Source: Ramazzottius varieornatus (Eukaryota; Animalia; Tardigrada). From it: 64,000 nucleotides of DNA. The stretch is taken from NCBI GenBank assembly GCA_001949185.1, contig BDGG01000013.1, forward strand, positions 941,226 to 1,005,225. Reading direction: 5' to 3'. Positions 12,178 through 24,121 of this stretch are shown in pieces (the first letter of the stretch is position 1; the number at the start of each line of letters is the position of its first letter). The position numbers and the translations under genes were made by a program. Under the pieces are notes generated by a model. That model did not search any database. It saw nothing but the letters and a program-made list of their open reading frames with translations, and was not told the origin of the DNA.

Positions 12178-12964
12178 CAGTGTTGTTCTGATCATTGCAA
12201 TTGATGATCGAAATTGGCCGAAAACAACCGTTTTGAAATTTCAATATGACAATTACAATTGCAAATCCCAGGCTAGACAATTCCACCAATTAGAATTGAA
12301 TTAGAATTTGGAAGATGTAAGAAATTATAATTGATAATTGAAATGCAAGATCCGGCAATTGAAATTACTGAATTTGCGCCAACAATGTAGTGAGACGCAT
12401 ATGGGTGTATCAACTATCAAGTTACTGTATTTTCGCGTGTTTTGGCGCTTGATTGGGCGAATGTGTGTGCACATGTGTATGTCGCACGAGGAAGCAAGTT
12501 GCTTACTGCTTTAATGCTCGATGCTTCCTGGGTTGCTTCGTGAGCCATACGCGCTGCATCAGCGTAGTTGAACCCCGGTCGCGAAATTTTTCCCTAAGGG
12601 ATGTTTCGTGAATATGATGAAGTACGCGCGACGTTTGAAGGGTATTACAGTACCTGATCAATCAGCGCGTCCGTATCCGATGCCTTGAGTATAACGTGCT
12701 TCGTTGCAAACATCTACCGGGCATTCTACGCGCATGGAACGAGAGAGTTTAAGCTGCTTAAACACAACTACATGAATATCCGAATCTCAAAAATGAACCA
12801 CAATTGAAATAATTACAATTGCTGTCGCAAGCTGAGTTTTGATTAATTCTAATTGCTAATGTGGCTGAGCCGCATGTCAGATAATTGAAATTGCTGTCGC
12901 CCGTGGTATTCTGATTAATCGTAATGGCAATTAAAATCCAGAAAGTCATATTGGAACAACACTG
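12178..12964. mobile_element. hAT-type MITE with AATTG(A/C)AAT subterminal repeats
   Basis: TIR CAGTGTTGTTC/GAACAACACTG; flanks CTTCTGCC and CTTCTACC (7/8 match). Confidence 0.8.
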
Positions 12965-12971
12965 CTTCTAC

Positions 12972-13293
12972 CAGTGCCTATTCATTGATAGTCCCCCAGC
13001 TGTATAGCACGGTAATATCGGAAATGTGGAAGCATGGTCTCAACTCTGACTGGGGTAACGGTCGGAGATAATCAAACACGCCCACAAATACGGTGACGTC
13101 AAACGTGTCGCGGACGTTGTAAAAACTCAGAACTCTCAGTCTGATGCAATGCCGCATCAAACCGTAATCAATCCACCGTATCAACGTAACAAGGACTCTA
13201 GCGTTTTGATCGTTGATTAGCCCTTACTTTTATTCCCATAAAGCTTGCATTACCGTGCTATACAGCTGGGGGACTATCAATGGACAGGCACTG
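12972..13293. mobile_element. hAT-type MITE with long TIRs
   Basis: About 43-bp near-perfect TIR CAGTGCCT(A/G)T(T/C)CATTGATAGTCCCCCAGCTGTATAGCACGGTAAT; flanks CTTCTAC and CTTCTGC. Confidence 0.85.
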
Positions 13294-14039
13294 CTTCTGC
13301 CTTCTGGTGAGTCCAAGTTCGTGTCGCTGACGAAGGTGAGTTGTGTCCACGGTTGAAAGTGCCTTTAGAAATCCCACTCATCACGTCACCGGCTACTTGA
13401 GCTTGCCGCCATGGTTGACACGACGACTGACAGTCGAAAGCGACGTTTCAGAAGCAGGACGAAGCTTTTGTGATAGTCTTGGTTCACCGTCAGAAATGTC
13501 AGCTGAAAAGAAGCGCATAGACACCTATGAATCTTAGTTCGTCCATCACTTGCCGGATTGAAGGCGTACCCCATAAGGCTGAGGGTTTTCAACCAAAACA
13601 GCAGTGGCAAGGTTTTGTGAAGCGCGGCTGGGTTAGTAGCGATCGTGAGTGGGATGGGAAGGAACAGACCGCGTGAAACAGGGATGAGATGAACAGAACC
13701 GGCGTATACCTGGCTCGGCGCTGGGTTGGGCTTGCCAAACGATGCTTACTTCCGCTCTATGATGATCCATTTCGGCAAGACGCCTGATCTGACATCCCGC
13801 CAGGAGCAGGAGTCACGCTGTCTCTCGTAAGTATTTGGGCACCCCCTACCTTCGTTCAAAAATTTGTAATTTACTTCATGCCAACCGATCTTGATATCTC
13901 AAAGCTTTCTCAGGGGACTGATGTGTTGTCTTCACAATCACGTGATTGTCGTGCGACTCAATCAACAAATCAACTGGCAGTACTCAGCCTAAGACCTGAA
14001 AAACTACCATGTTTTCGGCGCCGTCCTGAGGGGCACGGC

Positions 14040-14820
14040 CAGAGGTTTTCCTATCCTATTGGCAAGAGTCCGGAAAAAATTTCTAACCTTAGTTGATTGA
14101 TAATCAAGAGAGTGACGTTTTCGCACGGTGCAGTCGTCGATCTACGACCCACTGAACGAATCACCGAGAGTCACAGTAGGACGCGAGTCTCGGACCATAT
14201 GGATCCGGCCAAATACTGCATTCCCTCGATGGTTTCGCGAATCACGTCATCACGCCAGTAAACTACACCCGCACTGACATCACCGATTGTCTGATTGTCG
14301 CCCATCACGGAAATTGTTGGCGAGTAAACGTTGATTGAAGACACAGTCATTTTCCATCCCCGCCGGGTAATATTCACGTCGACCGTCACGTGATTCACGA
14401 AACCATCGAGGGAATACAGTACTGTTAGGACACGTTGGTGGTGCTTTAACGTATCGAGTCGTACGAGTTGCATAGCTCTGGCTGCTGGCACAGCTGTTCC
14501 TGTAAGACGCACGTATGAGTCAGAATGCGCATGTTTTTTGCCGTGACAAACGCGTAAGCATTAATTTTCCCAGATTCTGGTATTGGCCATGGTATGAGCT
14601 TTCGATACAGTGGGCAGGTTGCGTTTCGTCACAGTTGAGTTCTCACTGATCTCTACGTCTTCGCAGGCGGCTTTGTGGTGTACGGTTGATTAGTGGCACT
14701 GCCACATCACTACCTTAGTTCACCGATCAGCTGATCGTGACGTAACGAAGTGAGCGCGTGGGACCGCACCCTGCCCACTGTACATCATGTGCCATGGTCA
14801 ATGAGACAGGAAAACCTCTG
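14040..14820. mobile_element. Non-autonomous hAT element, long form of the 52312-52564 family
   Basis: TIR CAGAGGTTTTCC/GGAAAACCTCTG; TSD GGCACGGC/GTCACGGC (7/8); its 3' ~240 bp matches 52312-52564. Confidence 0.75.
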
Positions 14821-15159
14821 GTCACGGCCAAAAGCTGGCTCGATTCGCTAACATTCACAACGTATGGCCAACGTTGCTCTTTCGAACAGGCCTCGAACGT
14901 CTGAAATTATTCGAGCTCTGCAGAGAATGTTGTTCTAATATGCCGACCTGTGTCTCCCCCGCGTGAAATATACGACTTTAGGTTCAACTTTCGATTTCTT
15001 CAGTTCCGGCCGATAAATAGATAGTTTATTAAACCTCGACACTTCCGTCGACGGCTTCCTCGATCGTCAGAGGATAACGAAACATAGAAAAATACAATAA
15101 TGACAGCTCTGGCAAGTGGAAGCGATCGAGCGTAACTTCAGAAGATCGACACATGGAGA

Positions 15160-17078
15160 CTACAATTCGAGATCAGGCACCAGAAAAGAGAATGGGAATC
15201 TAGCACAACCATAACAAAGAGAACTAACCAGCAAACAAGAAAATGAGGGAGCGTTCTTTCCACCTTCGTCCACGTGCTCACTCGTCCATTTCCATGTCCG
15301 ACTGGCTTCGTCGTTCCCGGGTTGATACTCGAGCTGGTCCATTTGAGTGGTTGGGTCTTCGCTGTCCGTCGCGATGGTCCTCTTCGTCGACTTGGGTCCG
15401 CCCTTCGACCTGGGAGTGCCGACGGAGACTTGATCCGCCTTGCTTGGCGGATCGTGGATCTGGTGGTCATTCGTCGGCCATCCTCCTCCATAGTTTCCGG
15501 GGCAGGTTTCCCGTTGTCCGCCACTACCGCGTCTACTTCCCTGGATTCCCTGGCCACCAGATCCAACGTTGTTTCCTCTTTGTTCCCAGCCGCAACGTCC
15601 ACTGCCCCGGCCGGAGCCATGACCACTCCCACGACTACCGCCCTGGCCGTTAGAGCGGCCATGAGCCCCGTTGCCACAGCCATGGAAACCGTCGCTGAAA
15701 CCTTCTGGAATCCTCGAGGTTTCAGCTATGATCCAGATACCATCCCACAACTAACCCTAATAACGAAATGAAAATGACATTACTGGTTTTCAAATGGGAA
15801 ATATAAATTTATCGGACATGAAAAAGTTATGGATCTTTCATGGTTTTTCACTGGGACACAAACCCTAATAAAACCCAAAAAGCGATTTTATTACTTTCGA
15901 TTCCCACTGCTCTTGATATTACCAAACAACGCACAGGAGAAGAAAAAGGAAAGGGGCAAGAAATCAAATCTCAACTCGGAGAGACCAAAAGTCTAATTAG
16001 AGGTCTGAAAGGCCAAGGAAGGTAACGTGAAATCGCAGCGAGAAAAACAATGCATAGCAAAGTAAAACAATTCGAAGCTAATGCCCAGGAGACTTCCATC
16101 AAGCTGTTCCTCTGCGACGATCATGGGAACGTAGCCGATTGATCTGAAGGAGAAGCACTCCTTGGACGAATTCGATGGGTTGTTGAGAGAGTCAACACTT
16201 CGGAACTTCTGAATCCTAGCAAAGTCTGAATTCCCACAGGTATTTCTCACTTGATTGACTGAGGATTACTCAGCGATATCGCCAGTGAGCAGCCGTTCGT
16301 AGCTTCTTTTTGCCACCTTAAATGTATTAAGTGAGCCCCAGAAGCGATGCTACGGGTATCTACAGGTTTTTAATCCATTCCTAAGATCATTCAGAGACTC
16401 TGGAAATAGGCTGTACCCTGAAACTCTATATATTATCGATATATCGGTATTTTGCTGAATGGCAAACTCGAGAGCGAACTCGAGAGCGTTTACCTCGGTA
16501 AACCCTCAGCTTCACTGGGAAGCCGACGGTTGGCCGAGGTTTAGACACAGAAACATTAGGTTATATTAATGTGAAAAAGGCTTGTGGCATCAGGGGAGCT
16601 CCACCGCGTCCACCGTGGCTTCGACCTCGGTCTCTGTTTGAGTTACGTTGGTGAGGCGGATGATTGCCGACGCGACGGCGGTCGAATGTTTTGCCCGGTG
16701 GGCCGATCGAACCCAGGTCGATCTACACATCTGGTTGACCGACACTGGCAGCGTTCTTTGCTGCCGCTGGAGCGTGGTGGACGCTGGACTGAGGGACCCG
16801 GAGACTGGTTGGCCGGCTGGCCGGGGTGGAAGGGTTATGAGGTGGAAAAGCTGGGTCGCTGCAGTGGCTTGTTGGCTCGCTGTCATCCCCTGCAGGATCA
16901 GCCATTCATCGGCTGTGAATCTCGGTTGAGCGAGAGTTCCCAGCAGAGGCAAATCCATTGAAGGACCAAGGGAAAAACCAAACGGGAAACCCACAGGAAA
17001 TCCCGTTAACAGCCCTGGCACTTGGTAAGGAGCATAGGCTCCACTCATTCCTCCAAATAGGCTGAAGGGGAAATTCAT
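15160..17078 (-). other. Low-complexity Gly/Arg/Pro-rich reading frames of unknown origin (decayed gene or retroelement ORF remnants)
   Basis: ORFs 15160-15750 (GGSRGSGHGSGRGSGR) and 16590-17078 each follow an acceptor-like AG; there is an apparent frameshift into an RDRGRSHGGRGG tract; no domain recognised. Confidence 0.25.
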
Positions 17079-17149
17079 AATCTGAAAGAAGCATTTGGTT
17101 ACTTCTCGTGCCGCGTCATCTGTTCATTCATCACGTTGCTTTGAGTGCA

Positions 17150-18484
17150 AAGAGCGTAGAAGCGCTCCCGGTGGCATGCAGGCATGTCATGCGCTGATCG
17201 CCAGTGAAGGGGTACGATGGGTGATTTCTGAAGACGCTTTAGCGACAACAGGATGGCCCAAGACTTTATGGAAGAACTTTGCGAATAGCAGACAAGCAGG
17301 AACGTGTGCAGCAGTTAGACACCGCACCAAACAGTGGACTAAGTCGATACAGCTGGAGAACCCGAGTTGGCAGAGGTCATCTGTAAGGTCTTGACGAAGA
17401 CCGTCAAAGAGAGGACAGCAAGTCATAAAATGTCGGATGTCCTCGATTCCGACCAAGCAGAGACGGCACTTCCGGTCTCCCCGCTGAACGCGAGTGGTGG
17501 GTGATCTCCATCGGGCCGTTTCCACTGACACATTGAAAGATGATAAAAGAACACGGCACACTGTGTGCGCCAGGCCAACAGGGAACTTGATACTACCGGA
17601 AAGCCAACCTGGCAGTGCACTGGAAGTGGGAACTTTCACAAGAAGGTCGAGCTTTGGTGAGAGACCAACCATCCCGCGAACGGCTGCAAGAACCTGGTTC
17701 TTGGCTAATGCAAAGAACTCTGACTGGATAAAGCAGGATATTTTCGCCATTGAGACCTCTACAGAGTCTGAATCATTTAGCCCAAAAACAGACTGCAAGA
17801 AGCGTTTGTGTATATGGTTCACCGTAACTTACGGTCTGCTAGGATCTGCTTCAAGGCACAAACTTCAAGCTCGTCCGCCGACGAGCGAGCTGTTTTCATA
17901 TAGAACTATACGGTCATCTCGGCAATTTGAAAGCTCAGCGGAATCAGACCCGTTAGTTGATACACCCCGTGGTCAGGCGAGGTTCGCTTAACTCCCAGAA
18001 GGGATTCAACACAGCCGGTAATAACCTGGTTCATATTTTTTCTTTTGATCATGTGGGAATCAGGAGAGAGCCATGATTTGACGATCTCAACTTCCGTATT
18101 GCCGATGAAGAGAAGGTGAAGTGATTGTAGAGTAAACCCCGTGAACTGGTCTGACGTCAGACTTCGATATTCCGGTTTGAAGACTTTCATTGGTGGAGCC
18201 GAGCTTAGTCTGCACCATGTTTAGATAGTCCAGAGGTTGATACGGCGCTCGAGCAGGGCAAGAAATCGGATTAGCGTGGGAATGAGCCATTTGAGAGGGA
18301 GCACGTGGGCGGAGCCGAACCGACTGAACCCACTAATGTGCTCGGTGCTTAATTCCCGGGTAAGGCAAATGGGCCGTTGCTCGAGTGCGTAAGAAATTCG
18401 AGTAACGTTCCAACTAAGCTTTTCTCTGGGTATTTCTTCCCAAAAGTTTTTCAAAACCTCAGGTTTGCTTTCAAGACGTCCCAC
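17150..18484 (-). mobile_element. Decayed 3' end of a non-LTR retrotransposon ORF2
   Basis: SSFNVSVETARW...RKCRLCLVGIEDIRHFMTCCPLFDGLR is the C-x2-C...H-x4-C zinc knuckle typical of LINE ORF2 C-termini; upstream frames are broken by stops. Confidence 0.7.
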
Positions 18485-20109
18485 CGAGGTACCAACTGCC
18501 CCTCTAACTGCATCTTTCAGGTTTTAACGTCGGTTATTAATTATTCGTCAAACTGCAGCAACGACTGCACGCTTGACTCTGACTTTGTCAACCTAGAAAA
18601 CAACGAAAATCTCAGTTTGACTGTGGGTGTAACTGTGGCTTTCGAAAATTCGATGAGACTGCAGCTTCAACTGTGACTTTTGCAACAATAAGAACTGTGT
18701 CTCTAACTGTGGCTTTTGCCACTTTCTGGATGTTACTGTGCCTCTAACTGCTGCTTTTCGTATCAAGATTCACTTGAGCTTTAAGCAGTCGGAACCGGAA
18801 TTCAGTTTTTCCGTTGCTGTATCAGAACTGGAAACTTCGTGTGATTTGACATCGCATCTTACCAAAAATTTATTAATTACGAAAACTGATGGAGGTTTTG
18901 CAAACCCTTCCGGAGAAGTAAAGCTAATCGGCTGGATCGCGTAGCGGGTCTCAGCCTCAGCCGATTAGAGTAAGGAATGGAAGGGGCCAAAGTCTCACGC
19001 TACTCGGATATCTTGCGCTGCTCCAGTTCCGTATCAACCTCTCTAGTGCCTCTGGAAATCTTACGCTGTGCTTGAGAGAGGGGGGTAGGGGTAGGGGTAG
19101 CGGCTCTTGATATCGGAATCTTACGTAATACTTGAACGCTCCTTTTTTGCTCCAGGTAAAATCGTCAAAAATTAGCGTCGAAAACATTGTTTTTCCGAAC
19201 TGGGACGACGGATTTAATCACTGTTGCCCTGTTCGGACGAGCCTCCGATCCAGTATACTGACGATATAACATTTGGGATCAGTCTTGGCTTGCTACAGAG
19301 CATTATGGGTGTCTTGGGTTCAGTTTTAGTTCGTGTATGCGACATACAGCCCGATTCAGCAAAGTTGACACTGTTTGCTGGAAAAAACCACTTCTTCCTC
19401 GCCTACTTCGCTTGTGCACTAAAACGTCGCTGAAACTAACGAACAAATTTCCTAGTACGATATGAGCACGAAAACATCCGTCTACAATAGGCGGTCCAAA
19501 AATATGAGATCAAGTATGACGCGCACTTTTCTGGAACCTGTGTGAAAACATGCGCGCCAAATGACCGGGGCAAAAGGTTTTTTCCCAGAAGAAAAATTAA
19601 GATCTTTCAAGGCTTAGCTTTGTTTCCCAAAAGACTGATGTCAAACTGAGGCCCAATAGACCTGTTCTAAGGATCATGCTCTGAAACCTTCTTTCCTGCT
19701 ATAGACTTGGAGCTGGAAAATTCTGAACGAAATCACAAGCAGAATTTCCAAAATTGCTTTGGCACCAAGTTTCAAAATGAGTGTGCCAGACGGCTTTGCG
19801 CAGAATAAGTTGGAAAACGAGAAACCAAGTGAGATGATTAGAACGAATTTTTTTAGAGGTTAAGTGTGAACCACAGGGTCAGCTTTGCTGAATCGGGCTG
19901 TATATGTCTACGGGACATGAATATCAGATAGCGGGTTATTCATGTATGTGATGTTCATGTCCCATAGAAATATATGTTATATACTGTATATGAACCCTCA
20001 CTGAACCGAGAATGCACACAATATGCTCTGTAGCAAACCGGGCCTGATCCCAAATGTTATATAGTCAGTATAATGGATCGGAGGCTCTTCCTAACAGGGT
20101 AAGATCGGT

Positions 20110-20440
20110 ATGAAAGAAGAGTGCTGCTCCCCCCTCCCGGACCCGTTCACGAAACGATCACAATCGCCACCACGGAGCTCGAAAGTTCGACCCACCCACA
20201 AGTCACCATTGCGCAGGTGAAGAAACCGGCTTATCGACGGGGAATCGGTGGGTTCCTGCAGCTTAGCCTGCTGACTGCCAGCATGGTGGTAGCCTGGGTG
20301 CCGGCTCTCACGTTCTATACGGTTCTCATCTGGAAACAGGTGGACTGGTCAGTATTGCACAGGTGGCCACTGTCTTGTTGATGGAGAGAGCGTACGATCC
20401 TCTGCTCCAACACGTGCGCAGACTGATTTTCGAGATGCGA
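20110..20440 (+). pseudogene. Orphan rhodopsin-like GPCR fragment (TM6-TM7)
   Basis: GGFLQLSLLTASMVVAWVPALTFYTVL, then frameshifted QVATVLLMERAYDPLL. Confidence 0.55.
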
Positions 20441-21559
20441 TCGAAATCACTGGTCGGTTTGTACTCAGGTTTCCCAGTCTTTGAAAGCAAGCATGTGCAG
20501 TAACAATCCTCACCTCTTTAAGACGTTACACCAGCAGATCGAAATGCCCAAGTGAGCTGGTACTGTACATTCGACAAAGGTGCACGTCATTGCAGCACCA
20601 CGTGACGTCTTGTGTTGCTGTAGAGCGGCATTTTTGGACTTCGTTTTTTCCTACTTCCACTTCACTCTCCGGAAGAAATTTTGAGGTTCCCCATAAAACC
20701 TTTTGAGCTGGTCCGTCATGCAGTGATGCGTTTGGACTGAGGATTATCGGTGAATCGCAGGTCAGCTCTAGTAGACAACGTACTATTGCAATTTAGTTAC
20801 TTAGACAAACGGCTCAATAAGAGCTTTCCCGGGCCCTTAACGGCGGAGGATTCTTCCAATAGGAGAAAGATGTTTGGTCATTTAGGAAACCGCCCTCTGT
20901 CGTGGTTATGCAGATATAGGTGATTAAACGTCCAGCGCGTTATGAAGCTTTCTGTTGAAAAGATAATATCCTGTATCAGCTTGCTGAAGCTGCATCGGTT
21001 AACTTTATGGAATAATTTTCTCTCACTAGATTTGTAACTAAAACAAAACTGTTGGCTGAATGTCTTTCCCAAAAAATGTTTACTCGTGAAAATATATGGG
21101 ACAGGAAGCAAGTTAGCAGCACGATATCTCTTTACATTTCCTAATGAGGTTTAGACTTGAATTTATGGCACGCTGTTCACCGAACTCGAGATATCTCTGG
21201 AAGCCTAGTGCGTTACTTGAAAAACAATCTTAGGAACTGTCTGAGGTTTTATTTCCGACAAGTGTGCACTCGTTTGCGGAATGCGAGCTAGACAACAAAA
21301 TAATGATTTCCGCCTACTCTACTCAGATACGAATATATCTCGTCAAGGACGGTCGGAAGACACTGGTGCACTGCTTCCGCACGTCAGCTTGTGTCCAACG
21401 GAAAAATCCCACGAGTACTCGTCATGTTCATAGCAGTTGAGTTTGTGCTCTTCGTGAACTGATGTTTGTAGAGCTTGACGCAGGGTTGGCGGTAGAGCTG
21501 ATCCTTAGATGAGGTCTTTAAATTCCCACAATTGTTTATTCTAACCACACGGTAGCTAG

Positions 21560-22508
21560 GAATCGGTCGGGCAACAGTACCGAAGAATTTGGTGCCGGGT
21601 TAGCCAACGGTGCGTTGTTTGTTACAGTTCTGTGTGATTGCACTTTGGACATTTGCACGCGCCTTCTGATCGGAGGACTCGCCCTAGCTGCGCTTTTATA
21701 TACCACTTTATTCCAGTTTTTGGGAGTCCTTTCCACCTTTCTCAACGTATCCTACGGGTACACTGTACCATGCATGGGCCACTACTTGATATTATACTGG
21801 TTGATTACTGGCATTCGCTGGACCGATGTAGCGATTCCGTTGAACCGTTTGGTGGCCATTCGTTAATCCCGTCACTACAGCAGACTTCGCACTCTGAAAG
21901 CGGGGATCCTACGGCTGTGCATCACATAGACATATCCTTCAATAGCCATCGCAATTGTTTCCAGCAACAGCGTCGGTATCGGGATCGGCAGAACACGAGA
22001 GGGAGGATGTATTGTTGTGACGCGGGGCATTTGTGGCAGCTTGGTCAACTACACTACGGTACTGCTGCCATAAGGTGTGACCTTTATGATCTCGGTGGTC
22101 AACCTGATAATGGTTCGCGGACGAGGGACAACGCAAAGGGTTCGTGCGGATAGCGCTGGTTACCGACGTTCACGGAACAGGCGTTTGGGAATTTCGAAAG
22201 CCCTTCTCCTGTCAGCTGTGTGGTGCCTCATCTGCATGATTCCCTTCAATGTTATGGTCTCGCAATACATGTCCTTGCTGCGAAGTAACCCGTTCGTTCT
22301 AAGGTGGCTGAAGGCTTTGCACACATTGCAGTTCGTCGTGAACCCGGTGACGTCGCTTTCAATATATTTTGTTGAAACTTGACAACAATATCCGTTCATA
22401 TTGTAGTTTATTTACTTTGCCGTCAGTGAAGGATACCGGGCGGCTTTGGAACGACTTTTTTCACTCAGCCGTCAATCTGCCAATCAAGTGGGCAACGGCA
22501 CCAAGTAA
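21560..22508 (+). pseudogene. Orphan rhodopsin-like GPCR pseudogene
   Basis: TM1 GAGLANGALF, TM3 WTDVAIPLNRLVAI*, TM6 ISKALLLSAVWCLICMIPF, TM7 QFVVNP|intron|FIYFAVSEGYR; internal stops and frameshifts. Confidence 0.75.
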
Positions 22509-24121
22509 CACGCTTGCTGTACGGCGGTACATGCTGAGGTCACTTGGCGAGGTCAGCTGCTTGGTGGTTTCTAGAAACCGCACGCCACTTGGAGCATGGC
22601 TCGAAGAGAATACTTTCTGAATTTTTCTCTTTTCGACATGATACTAGTACGAAGTAGTACTAGTATCATTGGTCAGACTGTACGTCAAACGATAAATTCA
22701 GCCACAACCGGGTACCTTCTTTCTTTATCATATGCGATTGACCCCTCCCTAAGCGTCTGACGTAGTGTGACTTACTGGTGGAGTACGGAAATCTGCAGTA
22801 CTGCTGTTGCTCCTTGAGTGCTGCCCCGTCAACCAGCCCCATTCCTACGATATTTGGATTGCGGAATTCGGTAGGTTACACGCAGAGACTGCATCCATCC
22901 GCCCTAGGGTGATCGTGTGTTACTATGTATAGTTGACCTTGGGTGCATGTCACGATTTTGATTACTGACATGAGACCATGCGCCGGTGCTGTCCTTCGCA
23001 TCTCAGCAAGCGCAAAGCAGTGAAAGCACCTATTGCCGTAATCGGAAATCTGCGTTACGAAATAATTTGCAACGAAGACCGGTCAAATGTTTAACGGCAG
23101 GAACAGAACTGTAGCCACAATACACAAGGCTAATCTTACCGGATTGAGAGCGTATCCTAAAAGGTGGGCGTTTCTTTGCTAAACCCGCAGCGGCAAGTTT
23201 GCGTAGAACCTAGTGAGGCTGATTTAAACTCACAGCGGTACCAACAGGATACAGAGGGCGCGTCACAAAGTCGACCCGAACAAAGCTCCAGTGTTGTTCC
23301 GACGTCTTTTAGCACGCGTCGCAAGCCGGAAAAAGTGGTATAGGGATTTGCGGTCGCAGGGAACCGAGTTCCGGCGGATCTGCGCTAAGCAGGAGCCAAT
23401 TGCTGGGGTGCATCCAAGTTTTGCGGTGTTTTGTTATTGTGATTAGAAAGAGCAGGACGTCAAAGTGAACAAAGGCTCTAACAAAATCTGTTCCGGCAGA
23501 AATCTGTTGCTCCGAAGAATGAACCGGCTCCCGAATGAATGTTCTCCAGAGATGGACCGAATTTTTACAGTATTATACCGCGGCTGTTAACGAAAATATA
23601 TACATTGAGAGAGATTAGCATAGAAACGCCCTTAAAAATACCCAAATGCGATAAACCAGCAGGAATTGAAAAAGACCTGCTGTGTGATAAAAAGTGTTGG
23701 CTCCCTATCATGAAGAAGCGTTTTCTTGTCGTATAAACCTTTTGTTCCAGCCAGGACTCACTCTTTTCTTTAATAAAGGCGTTCACGATCTAACGTGACG
23801 TACGCAGTGCTAGTTAATTGCTTGCTATTGCGAAGTGTCGGGCTAGCGTGCACGCAATATCACAAGCATGTAAACGATGAGCGAGGAGAAATTGATGTCG
23901 TTCAAGAGACCATCATCAGTTATCGCCCATCTTGGAGATCTTCTGCCACGATTAGCATGAAGGAAACATGGGTAAGACCAGACACAAACAGCGCGGTATT
24001 TATCTTGAGGCTTGTCGTGTTAGGCTAATCTACGGCACCTTATTTTGTGTTAACAAAAGTCAAGCACCATTTTCTTCTGGATCAACATCGTGCTCTGTTC
24101 TACGTGCGTATCGTCTTAAAA

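Noticed and set aside
18600-18910. ACTGTG(G/A)CTTT repeats as a regulatory array
   Set aside because: They end at a TGCAAACCCT hAT-like terminus, so are most likely subterminal repeats of a truncated MITE.
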